A DNA stretch of 53,602 nucleotides, filler included, from Squatina squatina (Eukaryota): NCBI GenBank assembly GCA_031763465.1. It is 3 parts of 3 records of this genome, joined end to end, with 100 filler letters (N's around TTAATTAATTAA, not from the genome) between each part and the next. Parts side by side here need not be neighbours in the genome. Positions count along the whole stretch, not along the records: positions 17,902 to 37,646 come from JARFOE010000016.1; 2 more parts are not named here. One strand, given 5' to 3'. Of this stretch, positions 23,303-34,855 are shown one piece after another. The notes below the pieces were generated by a model. The model was not told where the DNA came from, made no database searches, and saw nothing but the letters and a program-made list of their open reading frames with translations. The number at the start of each line of letters is the position of its first letter. Within the stretch, counting starts at the first letter, position 1. Both the position numbers and the translations under genes were made by a program.

Positions 23303-25050
23303 CTGTGGAGAGAAGAAAGAGAGAAGAGGGGTTAGAAGTAGAGTGTGAAGGAGAAGGGTGCAGAGAACGAGAGGAGAGAGTGAGATGGAAAGAATGAAGG
23401 AATGTGCTGTTTTCATATCTTCACCCTCTTCCTTTAGAGAACAGTGTGAAGCAGTGGAGGGATTCACAGACTGATTAGCTTCCATGGACGTAACCACCCT
23501 TATACCAGCTGATAGGGGGGTTCGTTCTAAAGGGTTTTATGCGCAGGGTAGTGTGAGTAGAGGAAGGTGTAGAGAGCGTAAGGAGAGAGGGAGGGGGCTA
23601 GAGAGGGAGAATGAGAATTGGGAGGTTGGAATAAGTGACAGAGACCAAGGGGAGAGCATGAGGGGAAAATGTAGCAAAGGCAAGAGTGAGGGGAGTGCGA
23701 GCTGGACAATGAACACATTTTTCATCCCATTTTATCTATGATTCTATGACAACACTGAAGGGTACTGACTGACCTACTGAGCATTTTTGATTTTATACCA
23801 GTNNNNNNNNNNNNNNNNNNNNNNNNNNNNNNNNNNNNNNNNNNNNNNNNNNNNNNNNNNNNNNNNNNNNNNNNNNNNNNNNNNNNNNNNNNNNNNNNNN
23901 NNNNNNNNNNNNNNNNNNNNNNNNNNNNNNNNNNNNNNNNNNNNNNNNNNNNNNNNNNNNNNNNNNNNNNNNNNNNNNNNNNNNNNNNNNNNNNNNNNNN
24001 NNNNNNNNNNNNNNNNNNNNNNNNNNNNNNNNNNNNNNNNNNNNNNNNNNNNNNNNNNNNNNNNNNNNNNNNNNNNNNNNNNNNNNNNNNNNNNNNNNNN
24101 NNNNNNNNNNNNNNNNNNNNNNNNNNNNNNNNNNNNNNNNNNNNNNNNNNNNNNNNNNNNNNNNNNNNNNNNNNNNNNNNNNNNNNNNNNNNNNNNNNNN
24201 NNNNNNNNNNNNNNNNNNNNNNNNNNNNNNNNNNNNNNNNNNNNNNNNNNNNNNNNNNNNNNNNNNNNNNNNNNNNNNNNNNNNNNNNNNNNNNNNNNNN
24301 NNNNNNNNNNNNNNNNNNNNNNNNNNNNNNNNNNNNNNNNNNNNNNNNNNNNNNNNNNNNNNNNNNNNNNNNNNNNNNNNNNNNNNNNNNNNNNNNNNNN
24401 NNNNNNNNNNNNNNNNNNNNNNNNNNNNNNNNNNNNNNNNNNNNNNNNNNNNNNNNNNNNNNNNNNNNNNNNNNNNNNNNNNNNNNNNNNNNNNNNNNNN
24501 NNNNNNNNNNNNNNNNNNNNNNNNNNNNNNNNNNNNNNNNNNNNNNNNNNNNNNNNNNNNNNNNNNNNNNNNNNNNNNNNNNNNNNNNNNNNNNNNNNNN
24601 NNNNNNNNNNNNNNNNNNNNNNNNNNNNNNNNNAAGGGCCTAATGGCCTACTCCTGCACCTATTTTCTATGTTTCTATGTTAACATTTTTAAACATTGAA
24701 TTCTGGGTAAATATACCTGCATTCAAAACCAACAATTTTCTCTGTAGAAATGTGTGTTTTCAATGAAAGTTAAACTCAGTAACATAATATTTACGTTAAA
24801 CGAAGCTACTTAAATATGGATGCTGCACTTCAACATGTATTACACTAAATTACACCGAGAGCTGTTTGTCACGTATTTCTGAATACCTGTCAGAGTATAT
24901 GAAGTAGCTTCTCTCGCCCTTACCCTTCTGTAATATCTATGTGACTTTTATACAACGGATAGAGGCTTTCATAATTAGGAGCATATAGTGCTGTGGAAAA
25001 ACACCAGGAGTGTAAGAATTGTACAGATAACCCGTGTCCAATTCTTTTAG

Positions 25051-25185
25051 TATTTAGAGCACTGTGATGAAATCCTTTTATTGGAAGATGGCAAAATTAG
25101 GGAAAAAGGAAAACATGAGGCATTAATGAGTGAAAATGGACACTATGCCAGCCTGATCAGTAATTACCAAATGAACCAACCAAAT
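25051..25185 (+). CDS. ABCC12: ABCC12-like, end of NBD1 exon
   Basis: YLEHCDEILLLEDGKIREKGKHEALMSENGHYASLISNYQMNQPN. cttttag| and |gtaagc; 135 nt. Confidence 0.92.
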
Positions 25186-26074
25186 GTAAGCAAATCACAA
25201 AATGTTTATTTTGAAATGTATAATGGTTTTCTGATCAGTTTTATACCTTTTAACATTTGAACTTGACAGCAAACTCAGCAGCCCCTTATTTATAGCCTCA
25301 TGCAGTTAATACAGAATTCCTTTTCAGTATATAACAAGGGCTCATTTATATATGTACATTAGAAGTACTCATTAAGAAAGAATCTTTAATGACATTAAGA
25401 CCAAACAAAATAAAATACAAGCAAAATCAGCAGTTTTGAAGTCAGCTTAAGAAGATATCAGCTGTTCTGTGAATGTTGTGCTGTTATATTAATATTTCAG
25501 TCACTGGAGATATTCTTTGAGCTCACACTAACTTTAATTAGTCAGCTGGCTGCAAGTGGGATAATTGGGCCTGTGCTGTTAAAGAATTATGTTGCAGTCA
25601 TGTCTCAGTAATCCAATTCTTGTTAACCTGACAACCTCATTTTAAGTAGAACTTTGTCCAGATAAGGCATCCAAAACTTGTGTTGAAGTAGTTCAGTTAA
25701 CAAGGTTCTTATTCCGACAGTTTTGGCTGTGTGAATATTTTAAAACAGCCTGAATATCTGGTTAGGCATNNNNNNNNNNNNNNNNNNNNNNNNNNNNNNN
25801 NNNNNNNNNNNNNNNNNNNNNNNNNNNNNNNNNNNNNNNNNNNNNNNNNNNNNNNNNNNNNNNNNNNNNAAGAAGTTAGCAACGCAAAACTTAAATCCCA
25901 AACAATTCAAGGAATTTGTGGTTGATTAGGATAATGTAAGGAAGTAACTTTTTTTAGCATCAATCATTTCTGTAGATCTTGGGCATCCAGCATATTTGTG
26001 TTAAGGTTTTGAAGGGATCATTTCTTGCTCCTGTGCTTCCAGTTTGGAGTGTATTTACAGGAAGCACAGATCAG

Positions 26075-26195
26075 ATGTATGGCTACAGCATCATTGCCTC
26101 ATTTCTACCACCCATATCCCTATGAGCTCCCCATAGCTATAATGTATGGCTACAGCAGCATTGCCTCACTCCTTCCACCCATATCCCCTAAGAGC
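26075..26195. repeat. Local tandem duplication, 67-bp period
   Basis: atgtatggctacagca.cattgcctca...ccacccatatccc occurs at 26075 and 26142. Confidence 0.85.
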
Positions 26196-26311
26196 ATGAG
26201 ATTGGAGAAGATCCCTAGAATATAAGGATTCAGATGAAGTAATCAGTGTTCAGTGGCAGTAAGTAACAGTTTACAATATGTTAAGTAATCTGCTCTCGTG
26301 CGTGAACATAA

Positions 26312-26558
26312 AGCACCCATGGCACTAGTTCTCCCCGGTGTTCTGGCCAATATTTATTATTTATTTATTTATCCCTCAAGCAACACCACACAAAAAAAAA
26401 CAGTTTTTCTGGTCATTATTGTATTGCTGTTTGTGGGAGCTTGCTGTGCGCATATTGGCTGCCTCGTTTTCTACATTACAAAAGTACTTGATTGGCTGTA
26501 AAGCATACGGTACATCCTGAGGCCATGAAAGGCACTATATAAATGCAAGTTCTTTCTA
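26312..26558 (+). mobile_element. Deu-SINE 3' half
   Basis: cccatggcacta...ccccggtgttctggccaatattt...ttgctgtgcgcatattggctgcc...gaaaggcactatataaatgcaag. Confidence 0.8.
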
Positions 26559-26657
26559 TTATAATATTTCTGAAGTCTTGATTTAGTATCCTTGCATTGA
26601 TATCACTTAGATAACATACAAACAATCTCCTAAAATGTTGACTGTATCCTGTTGCAG

Positions 26658-26817
26658 GAAAGTCATCACTGAGTGTTGCATTGTTCAGACTAGTTGAGCC
26701 GGTCACAGGGACCATCCTGATTGACAACATTGATGTTTGCACTGTTGCTTTGGAAGATCTGCGAAGTAAACTTTCAGTCATTCCACAGGACCCAGTTCTG
26801 TTTGTTGGTACAGTGAG
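26658..26817 (+). CDS. ABCC12: ABCC12-like, NBD2 exon (end of Walker A to Q-loop)
   Basis: (G)[53 protein letters not shown]. gttgcag| and AG|gtagga; 160 nt. Confidence 0.95.
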
Positions 26818-26998
26818 GTAGGAACTCTTCATGTATTCAATTATTACTAGAAGTTGATTGCACATCCTGTATTCCACAATTATTACTAGAAGTTGATTNN
26901 NNNNNNNNNNNNNNNNNNNNNNNNNNNNNNNNNNNNNNNNNNNNNNNNNNNNNNNNNNNNNNNNNNNNNNNNNNNNNNNNNNNNNNNNNNNNNNNNNN

Positions 26999-27203
26999 GT
27001 GCACTGCCTGAAAGGGTGGTGGAAGCAGATTCAATAGTAACATTCAAAAGAGAATTGGATAAATATTTGAAGGGAAATAATTTACAGGGTTATGGAGAAA
27101 GCGCAGGGAAATGGGATTAATTGGATAGCTCTACCAAAGAGCTGGTAATGGCACAATAGGCCAAATGGCCTCTTTCTGTGCTGTATCATTCTATGATTCT
27201 ATG
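26999..27203 (+). mobile_element. CR1/HER1 LINE 3' end
   Basis: ALPERVVEADSIVTFKRELDKYL followed by a (ttctatga)n tail. Confidence 0.9.
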
Positions 27204-27424
27204 ATATGTGCAGCTGTGCCACAATGTACTGCATGCCAACACACTGGCAGTGGGGAATAAGTGCGGCAGACCAATTTCCCCAATATTCCAGCATTATGTA
27301 TCCAGTTTGATTGGCAGAAATTTATTTTGTACATTTACACAAAACATTCACCCTTGCCTCAGCATATGCTCTGTGAAAATGTTGAAAATTTGGGATGGGC
27401 TTAAAATAAGATGTTGATTAGCAC

Positions 27425-27532
27425 CTCAACAATGATCTGTCGATATTCAGGCTGCACAATATCTTGCAATGTGTCTTCAACGAGGAGAGAAAAGTTCATC
27501 TCATACATGGTCATATCTGACAAAGTTGGTTG
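27425..27532 (-). CDS. PHKB: Phosphorylase kinase beta subunit, C-terminal region exon
   Basis: [36 protein letters not shown] matches PHKB as recalled. tttctgcag| and GAG|gtgcta; 108 nt. Confidence 0.96.
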
Positions 27533-29439
27533 CTGCAGAAACAAACACATTAATGTTAGAGAACATTTGCTGATGAAAAGATATATAATTTCCCATTCAC
27601 TTACAAAGATCAATCACTTTTTATTGCTTAAAAGGTTATTCAGTGGGCTTTCATAACCTTACTAAAACTCTCAGATTGTTATTTTCCAGTTACACTGATT
27701 CGATGTTCCAATAAAACTATTTGAGTTGTATACAACTAGAAATCTGATCAATATTACCAAGTTTTTATTCAAATCTTTCATACAGCAGTATTTTGAGATT
27801 GAGTTTAGTGTACTAACATTATTAAAACATTTCATTATGCAACACCTTACATGGTAAAGATGAATATAAACACAGGCCACACAATCAGAGTAACTCATGG
27901 ACACAAGATCAGTTTGAAGAAACTGCTTCGAGGTCAGCTGATAAATAATTACTGATAGCTCTGAAACAGGCTGGAATTTCCCCTCCATTCTGAATTAAAA
28001 GAATGGAATTCAAATTCCATCTGAGAATCTCCAAGTTTTCAAATGAAGAAAATGTATTCAGACATTATCAGTTAGGTACCGATCATAGAACGATATTCAC
28101 AATGATCTCTTAAACATGTTTAGCATAATGGATTTAAATATCTGTGGACTTTAAAAAAAACTATAAACACTGGAGATTCATATCTGTAAAGTGAATGCAT
28201 GTAAACCAATGTCGGTTGTTGTCGGTTGTAGCCCTTTGTCCGAACTGAAATAGAATGCTGACTTGCACTGCCAAATCAGTGGAGCACAACTTGCAATCCA
28301 CACGCAGAGAACAGAGCAAAATATTTTACATGGCAGTGCATAAAAAGTAAACAATGAGCAGAGGGAAAGAGAAAAAGAAGGATGGTGGGGCAAAATCATC
28401 AGCATTTCTAAATGATAATCAGTGTCTTTGGGATCTGGTGCACGTGTCAGAATTTGATGGTTCCAGATCCAAATTCTACCTGACACCATTGTTTCAACCT
28501 CTGCCAAGAACTGCAGATGAAAAAGCTTGATCCAGTAAAAATTATCGCAAGATTATGAATTCCCGCCTGCGTCATGTGGCAGTGTCGAATCCCAGAGCAA
28601 AGCATAAGATTGAGAACTGCTGCTCTGAATCAAAATGTGAAATGTGTAATTGAGGGTTTCTGAACTACTGCTGTCTTCTGCCTGTGACGTTATTAGGCTC
28701 TTTTGCAGGGCCATCTTGTGCGGGACACAGCAGGCTACAATAGTCTCGGAGACCCGGACTGGACTAGACTGTAACATTCCCCTTGATCTATCCAAGCATC
28801 AGAATCACTGTTTGGTGATGCCAATGGTATGCATGACTAAGACCACATTGTATCTCGCCTCAAGTCTTGTACTTAGATGACAGTAGTGCCATAAGCCACT
28901 GCTGCAGTTTATATGCCTGTCCTTGGGAGTTTTCTTGGTCCTTCAAATAATACTTGCATTGTCGACCGCCCTGGATGAAGGAATCATGAGGTAGTAAGGA
29001 TAATGGGCACNNNNNNNNNNNNNNNNNNNNNNNNNNNNNNNNNNNNNNNNNNNNNNNNNNNNNNNNNNNNNNNNNNNNNNNNNNNNNNNNNNNNNNNNNN
29101 NNNNNNNNNNTATCTTCCTTGCCAAGGAAAACGGTGTTATCACTGCAGAAGAACTTTTTATTAGTGTGAGTTATCAGCTCGCATTTTCAGCAATTTGCAG
29201 TGCAAAATACTGTCGAGATTAAACAATAATCTCGGGCAAGTTTAACTAATGGCGTTCATTACAGAAAATTAGAGCCTAATATCTATATAATGTAGCCAAG
29301 ACTGTCCACACAAGCCACTGAACCATTAATTAAAATTTGCCTCACTCACGACTCTCATGCATGCGAACATCTTAAACAATGAACCAATATTCCAATAGTG
29401 GTTGCTTCAAAGCCAAATAAGACCTGATATTTAACATAC

Positions 29440-29610
29440 CCGATTCTGAATTTCAGCATGCCGTGAAAGAGTTCTGGAGAATTAGAGATAAGCCAACCAA
29501 TGTGAATGACAAGTTCCTGTTGAAGCACTGCCTCCCTTTCATCATGGTGGGCACATTTGCTGTAGACGATGTCCTTTATCTCCCCTGGAGACAAGGGGTT
29601 TGAAATCACC
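29440..29610 (-). CDS. PHKB: PHKB exon (5' end lost in a gap)
   Basis: [57 protein letters not shown], donor GG|gtatgt. Confidence 0.96.
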
Positions 29611-31102
29611 NNNNNNNNNNNNNNNNNNNNNNNNNNNNNNNNNNNNNNNNNNNNNNNNNNNNNNNNNNNNNNNNNNNNNNNNNNNNNNNNNNNNNNNNNN
29701 NNNNNNNNNNTTCTGGTCACTCCTCAGGAAGTTGGGGCTGCATCTCTGTGCTGGCATGTGGAGGAGGAGGGGGCACTGATAGCACAGAACAGCGAAGGAG
29801 CACTGCTGCGGTGTGAAATTTGAAGGCGCAGATCTCTCGGGCTGTAAGACCATGGGCCAAAAGGAACGGCTCCGCGGGCCATATTTTTGACATCCCTGCT
29901 CTAAGGAGAAGGAAGCCTATTAACGGGAGGCAGCAACAGGAGGTTTAAAGTGGGAATGACAAGTGAAAGCACAGAGCCACAAAAATCCAAGGTGCCTACC
30001 AAGGTTAAAAATAATGAACCGTACTTTGCTCAGGTAAGTGAACAAAACGTTATACAGATTAGGACAAATACATTTTAACTTGGTACTACTACAGAGATTA
30101 AACAAAACCTCAACAATGCTGATCATTTTTTCTACATAGCACTGGCACAAAGTCAAAGTCCAAAATGCTTAAATGATTTGTCATATGAAATACATACTTT
30201 AAAAGAGGTGCATATTTAAAATATGCTTTGTGTCAAAAATGCCAATTTGTACATTGTGAGATGTGAGCATGCAATGGAACAAAGATGTCATGAAATGATT
30301 CAATGCAACAAGACATTCGTGAAAAATGTTTTACAACCACAGCTAAAAAATATGCAAGACAAAAACATGTGAGAACCAGAACTGGATGCATTCAGAATTA
30401 AGAAAATCTCCAACTGATGTATAATAATTTAAATTAAGAAACTTATTAAATGGAATGCTTTGGGTTGCTCAGCAAAAACATAGCTAGCCATCCAGTTAAA
30501 TTAATCAAAAGCATGCTCAAAATCTAGCACAAAAGTAGAAAGAAACCATTTATAAGTAAAGAGAGAGGACATTTTCTCTGGTGGTGGCTAGGGAAGCATT
30601 AAAACATAATTATGCAGTGTAAGACATTCATTAAATAAATTTGGATGGTGCTACTACACACTAAAGCTGGCACCAAATCTCACATATGCTTCCTAATTAC
30701 CTGCTTCCCATGTACCACCATTGTGGTAATATGTGGGGCCATAGAGGCAGCAACCAGCTTTAAAACTGCAGCACTGTAACGTACAGCCAACCTAAATATA
30801 TTGCATAATGATTATATAAGGACATAGGAGTTGCAAAGAAAGTCAATCAGATTTCTACACATACTACTGTCACATTAGTTTCTAAAGTGCTCAAAGTGTA
30901 ACATNNNNNNNNNNNNNNNNNNNNNNNNNNNNNNNNNNNNNNNNNNNNNNNNNNNNNNNNNNNNNNNNNNNNNNNNNNNNNNNNNNNNNNNNNNNNNNNN
31001 NNNNGTTGTGAATGGGAATATCAGAATTATCAGCAACAAAAATTGTCCGAAAAAATGGGGGCAGTGGTTATGATCTGAAATTGTTGAACTTGATGTTAAC
31101 TT

Positions 31103-31161
31103 TGTTTCTCTCTCCACAGATGCTGCCTGACCTACTGAGTAGTCCCAGCATTTTCTGCTTT
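31103..31161 (+). mobile_element. Penelope-like terminal-repeat fragment
   Basis: gttaactttgtttctctctccacagatgctgcctgacctactgagt, same motif as 6247. Confidence 0.6.
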
Positions 31162-31514
31162 AATTATAGGAAGGTGGACTAGATGGACCATCACTCTCAT
31201 CCAAGCTTGAGATTTTCTATGTTTCTATTCATTTTATGAACTGGTAAAACAAATCTGGCCTAAGTCCAGTCCTGTGAAGTATCACCTGGCCCAATCATGC
31301 GGCTTGGAAGTAAAAGCTGATTGTCTGGAAAAGCTAAGTGTTGGCTTTCCGCTCTCATATCTTTCCGACAATCTTTAGACTGCCGATGTATAGGCTGAAC
31401 CAATCTAGTAGTTCTTATATGCGTGAATTAGCCATACCCAAAGATTTTTATTCACTGTAAGAAATATTACATAATTATTGTCCACAGAAGATACAAATTT
31501 TGACCATCATGTAC

Positions 31515-31605
31515 CTGAAGTCTGTCAACACGAACTTTCACTCCTCCAATAATACCATTTTTGAATGCTGCCAACATGTCCAAAATGGGATTAAGTCGAC
31601 TCCCG
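31515..31605 (-). CDS. PHKB: PHKB internal exon
   Basis: [30 protein letters not shown] (human recalled as [30 protein letters not shown]). tttcatttag| and CAG|gtacat; 91 nt. Confidence 0.95.
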
Positions 31606-31971
31606 CTAAATGAAAAAAATGTTGAGCCAATTCAGATTACTTTTATTGATTTAATATTTGGATTGTGACAAATAGCATTCATAACTATGCGTGGTTCATA
31701 CAATACAAGAGCCTTTACACTCACTCACAGGTCAATTGGGTTCTTAATTTGTGAAAATACAATGCAGAATTCTTTTGTTTTTTAACCATGTCTACTTATA
31801 CAAAGTTCAAGCACTTCTGTGCTTATATTGTATCCAGTTGTCTGTGTACCAATTTGCTGCTTTTACATTCATAGTGGGATGACAATCTCCTTCGACACAC
31901 TGATCACCTCTATTATATGGGAAACAAACCTATGAGACCGACATTACTGAAATTGGATTCCTTAGCACACA

Positions 31972-32445
31972 AAAAGGCCATTCAGCCCAACCACTCCATG
32001 CCGGCATTTATGCTCAACTCGAGCCTCCTCCTGTCTTTCCTCATCCAAGTCTATCAGCATAACCCTCTATTCCCTTCTCCCTCAATGCTCATTTAACCTC
32101 CCCTTAAATGCATCTATGCTATTTGCTTCAACCACTCCCTGTGGTAGCGAGTTCCACATTCTCACCACTCTCTGGAAAAAAAAAACGTTTCTCCTGAATT
32201 CCTTATTGAATTTATTAGTGACTACCTTATATTTACGACACATAGTTTTGGATTATTCAACAAGTGGAAACATCTTCACTACATCTACCCTATCAAACCA
32301 CTTCATAATTTTAAAGACCTCTATCAGGTCACCCCTCAACCTTCTCTGTTGCAGGGAAAAGAGCTCCAGCCTGTTCAACCTTTCATGATAGTTATAATCT
32401 CGCAGTTCTGGCCTTATCCTTGTAAATCTTTCTTTGCACCAGACC
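31972..32445 (-). mobile_element. CR1/HER1 LINE 3' end
   Basis: YHERLNRLELFSLQQRRLRGDLIEVFKIM...DRVD is the CR1 ORF2 C-terminus. Confidence 0.9.
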
Positions 32446-32838
32446 TGTGCAGAGTACTCTGAATGTACCAGCTTCTGTCTCGACTCCTGTTCATTCTTTA
32501 ATAAAGCGAAGGATTGGACAACAGGACAGGCCAGGCTGGATGCAGCCAATCACTCCCCAGCTCAGCATTGCATTGTTCAACACACTAAATATAGCCCAAC
32601 TATTGAATTATTGTACAGCGAACAGGGGCGTGTAGGTGGCTGATGTCACTAAAAGAGATGATGTGCTTATTGTTGAGTGATTGCTCGAGGTTTTGTGAAA
32701 CCAAATTGTTCAATGAATGAGTGTCTGAGACTGCAGGCAGAGATCTGTGGCTTGCTGTTTATATGCGGTTTCTAGGAACCTGGATACAAAAGAAAAAACA
32801 TTTCTATGCACATAATCACAGAGCAGTATATTGACACG

Positions 32839-33073
32839 TTGCAGTGTGGGTGGGGTATATAGGCACAGTGCAGTGTGGGTGGGGTATATAGGCACAGTGC
32901 AGTGTGGGTAGGGTATATCGGCATAGTGCAGTGTGGGTAGGGTATTTGGCACAGTGCAGTGTGGGTAGGTTATCTTGGCACCGTGCAGTGTGGGTAGGGT
33001 ATATAGGCACAGTGCAGTGTGGGTAGGGTATATGGCACAGTGCAGTGTGGGTAGGGTACATAGGCACAGTGCA
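32839..33073. repeat. 29-bp G-rich minisatellite inside a PHKB intron
   Basis: About 8 units of gcagtgtgggtagggtatataggcacagt, running into a gap. Confidence 0.95.
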
Positions 33074-34075
33074 NNNNNNNNNNNNNNNNNNNNNNNNNNN
33101 NNNNNNNNNNNNNNNNNNNNNNNNNNNNNNNNNNNNNNNNNNNNNNNNNNNNNNNNNNNNNNNNNNNNNNNNNNNNNNNNNNNNNNNNNNNNNNNNNNNN
33201 NNNNNNNNNNNNNNNNNNNNNNNNNNNNNNNNNNNNNNNNNNNNNNNNNNNNNNNNNNNNNNNNNNNNNNNNNNNNNNNNNNNNNNNNNNNNNNNNNNNN
33301 NNNNNNNNNNNNNNNNNNNNNNNNNNNNNNNNNNNNNNNNNNNNNNNNNNNNNNNNNNNNNNNNNNNNNNNNNNNNNNNNNNNNNNNNNNNNNNNNNNNN
33401 NNNNNNNNNNNNNNNNNNNNNNNNNNNNNNNNNNNNNNNNNNNNNNNNNNNNNNNNNNNNNNNNNNNNNNNNNNNNNNNNNNNNNNNNNNNNNNNNNNNN
33501 NNNNNNNNNNNNNNNNNNNNNNNNNNNNNNNNNNNNNNNNNNNNNNNNNNNNNNNNNNNNNNNNNNNNNNNNNNNNNNNNNNNNNNNNNNNNNNNNNNNN
33601 NNNNNNNNNNNNNNNNNNNNNNNNNNNNNNNNNNNNNNNNNNNNNNNNNNNNNNNNNNNNNNNNNNNNNNNNNNNNNNNNNNNNNNNNNNNNNNNNNNNN
33701 NNNNNNNNNNNNNNNNNNNNNNNNNNNNNNNNNNNNNNNNNNNNNNNNTGACTTAGTATATGAAATAATTTCAGTGCAAATGTTCTTATATTTTATAAAC
33801 TCGTAAAGCCTGAAAAATAATAACCTAATCTTAATATAATTTATGAATTTTTTTTCTTCCTTTTCCTCGAAAACAGTTAAATCAGTTCATTCAGGATTAT
33901 GTAAGTATATATGAATACATGATTTGTTTTATTTTCCCCATCAGCTGTCGCCATAGCAAATAATGAATTAGTGTTTGTGCTGCTTTTCTGAAACAAGATT
34001 TGGGCTTACTTCTATCGACTCTCAATTCTATTCGTGTCAAGACAAACTGAGACTCTGCAATCCCTTAGATAATAC

Positions 34076-34180
34076 CTTTATGTCATCGATCAGCAGCATG
34101 ACATCTTGAGCCATGTAAAAGTCACTCAAATCAAACACAATGGGATAGCACACAACGGTCTTTCCAAGAATTCTGTAAAG
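34076..34180 (-). CDS. PHKB: PHKB internal exon
   Basis: [35 protein letters not shown]. tttttcctgcag| and AAG|gtatta; 105 nt. Confidence 0.96.
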
Positions 34181-34855
34181 CTGCAGGAAAAAGGTAATTT
34201 AAATTTTATTTGTATTTCAAGACCTGTATTACTGACAAAGAAAAAAATAAGGTTTTTACAAGCAGATAGAGATAAATTGATTGAATACTGTCTTCATTCA
34301 TGCTATTAGTGTATGATTTAACCCTGATCATAAATCATCTGGATACAAATATACACTTACATAAATTCAAACCAGTATTAAAACACTATGATGATATTGT
34401 GTAGCCAACATTGCTTGTTTGCAGAATTAATGAACTCATTAAAAATTAATTCAAATTAAGACTGTATTCTGAAACTCATTCAAACACAAGAATTTCAAAC
34501 ATTTTTATTTAGTTACCGCAAGCAACTAATCACTATTGTTATTCTTACTGAATGAGTTATATTAAAAAAGTGAAACCAAAATAGGACACATTCTAACCAA
34601 GTTATTTTTAACCTCTACTTCATGTTTAACTGTTGAGTGTTTGGAATTTAAGAAAAAACTATTATCTTATTGTTCCCTGGACCAATTATCCCTTGCTCTG
34701 TAACAGTGCTTTACGTGAAGACTACACTTGGTCTCGACTCCCATTGTGCAATGCCNNNNNNNNNNNNNNNNNNNNNNNNNNNNNNNNNNNNNNNNNNNNN
34801 NNNNNNNNNNNNNNNNNNNNNNNNNNNNNNNNNNNNNNNNNNNNNNNNNNNNNNN

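Noticed and set aside
26837-26898. CRISPR-like direct repeat (caattattactagaagttgatt twice)
   Set aside because: Two copies at a contig end in a vertebrate intron with no cas genes; an ordinary tandem repeat or assembly edge.
32839-33073. CRISPR array or repeat protein (ORFs 32710-33067)
   Set aside because: The units are wholly repeated with no unique spacers; it is a minisatellite.
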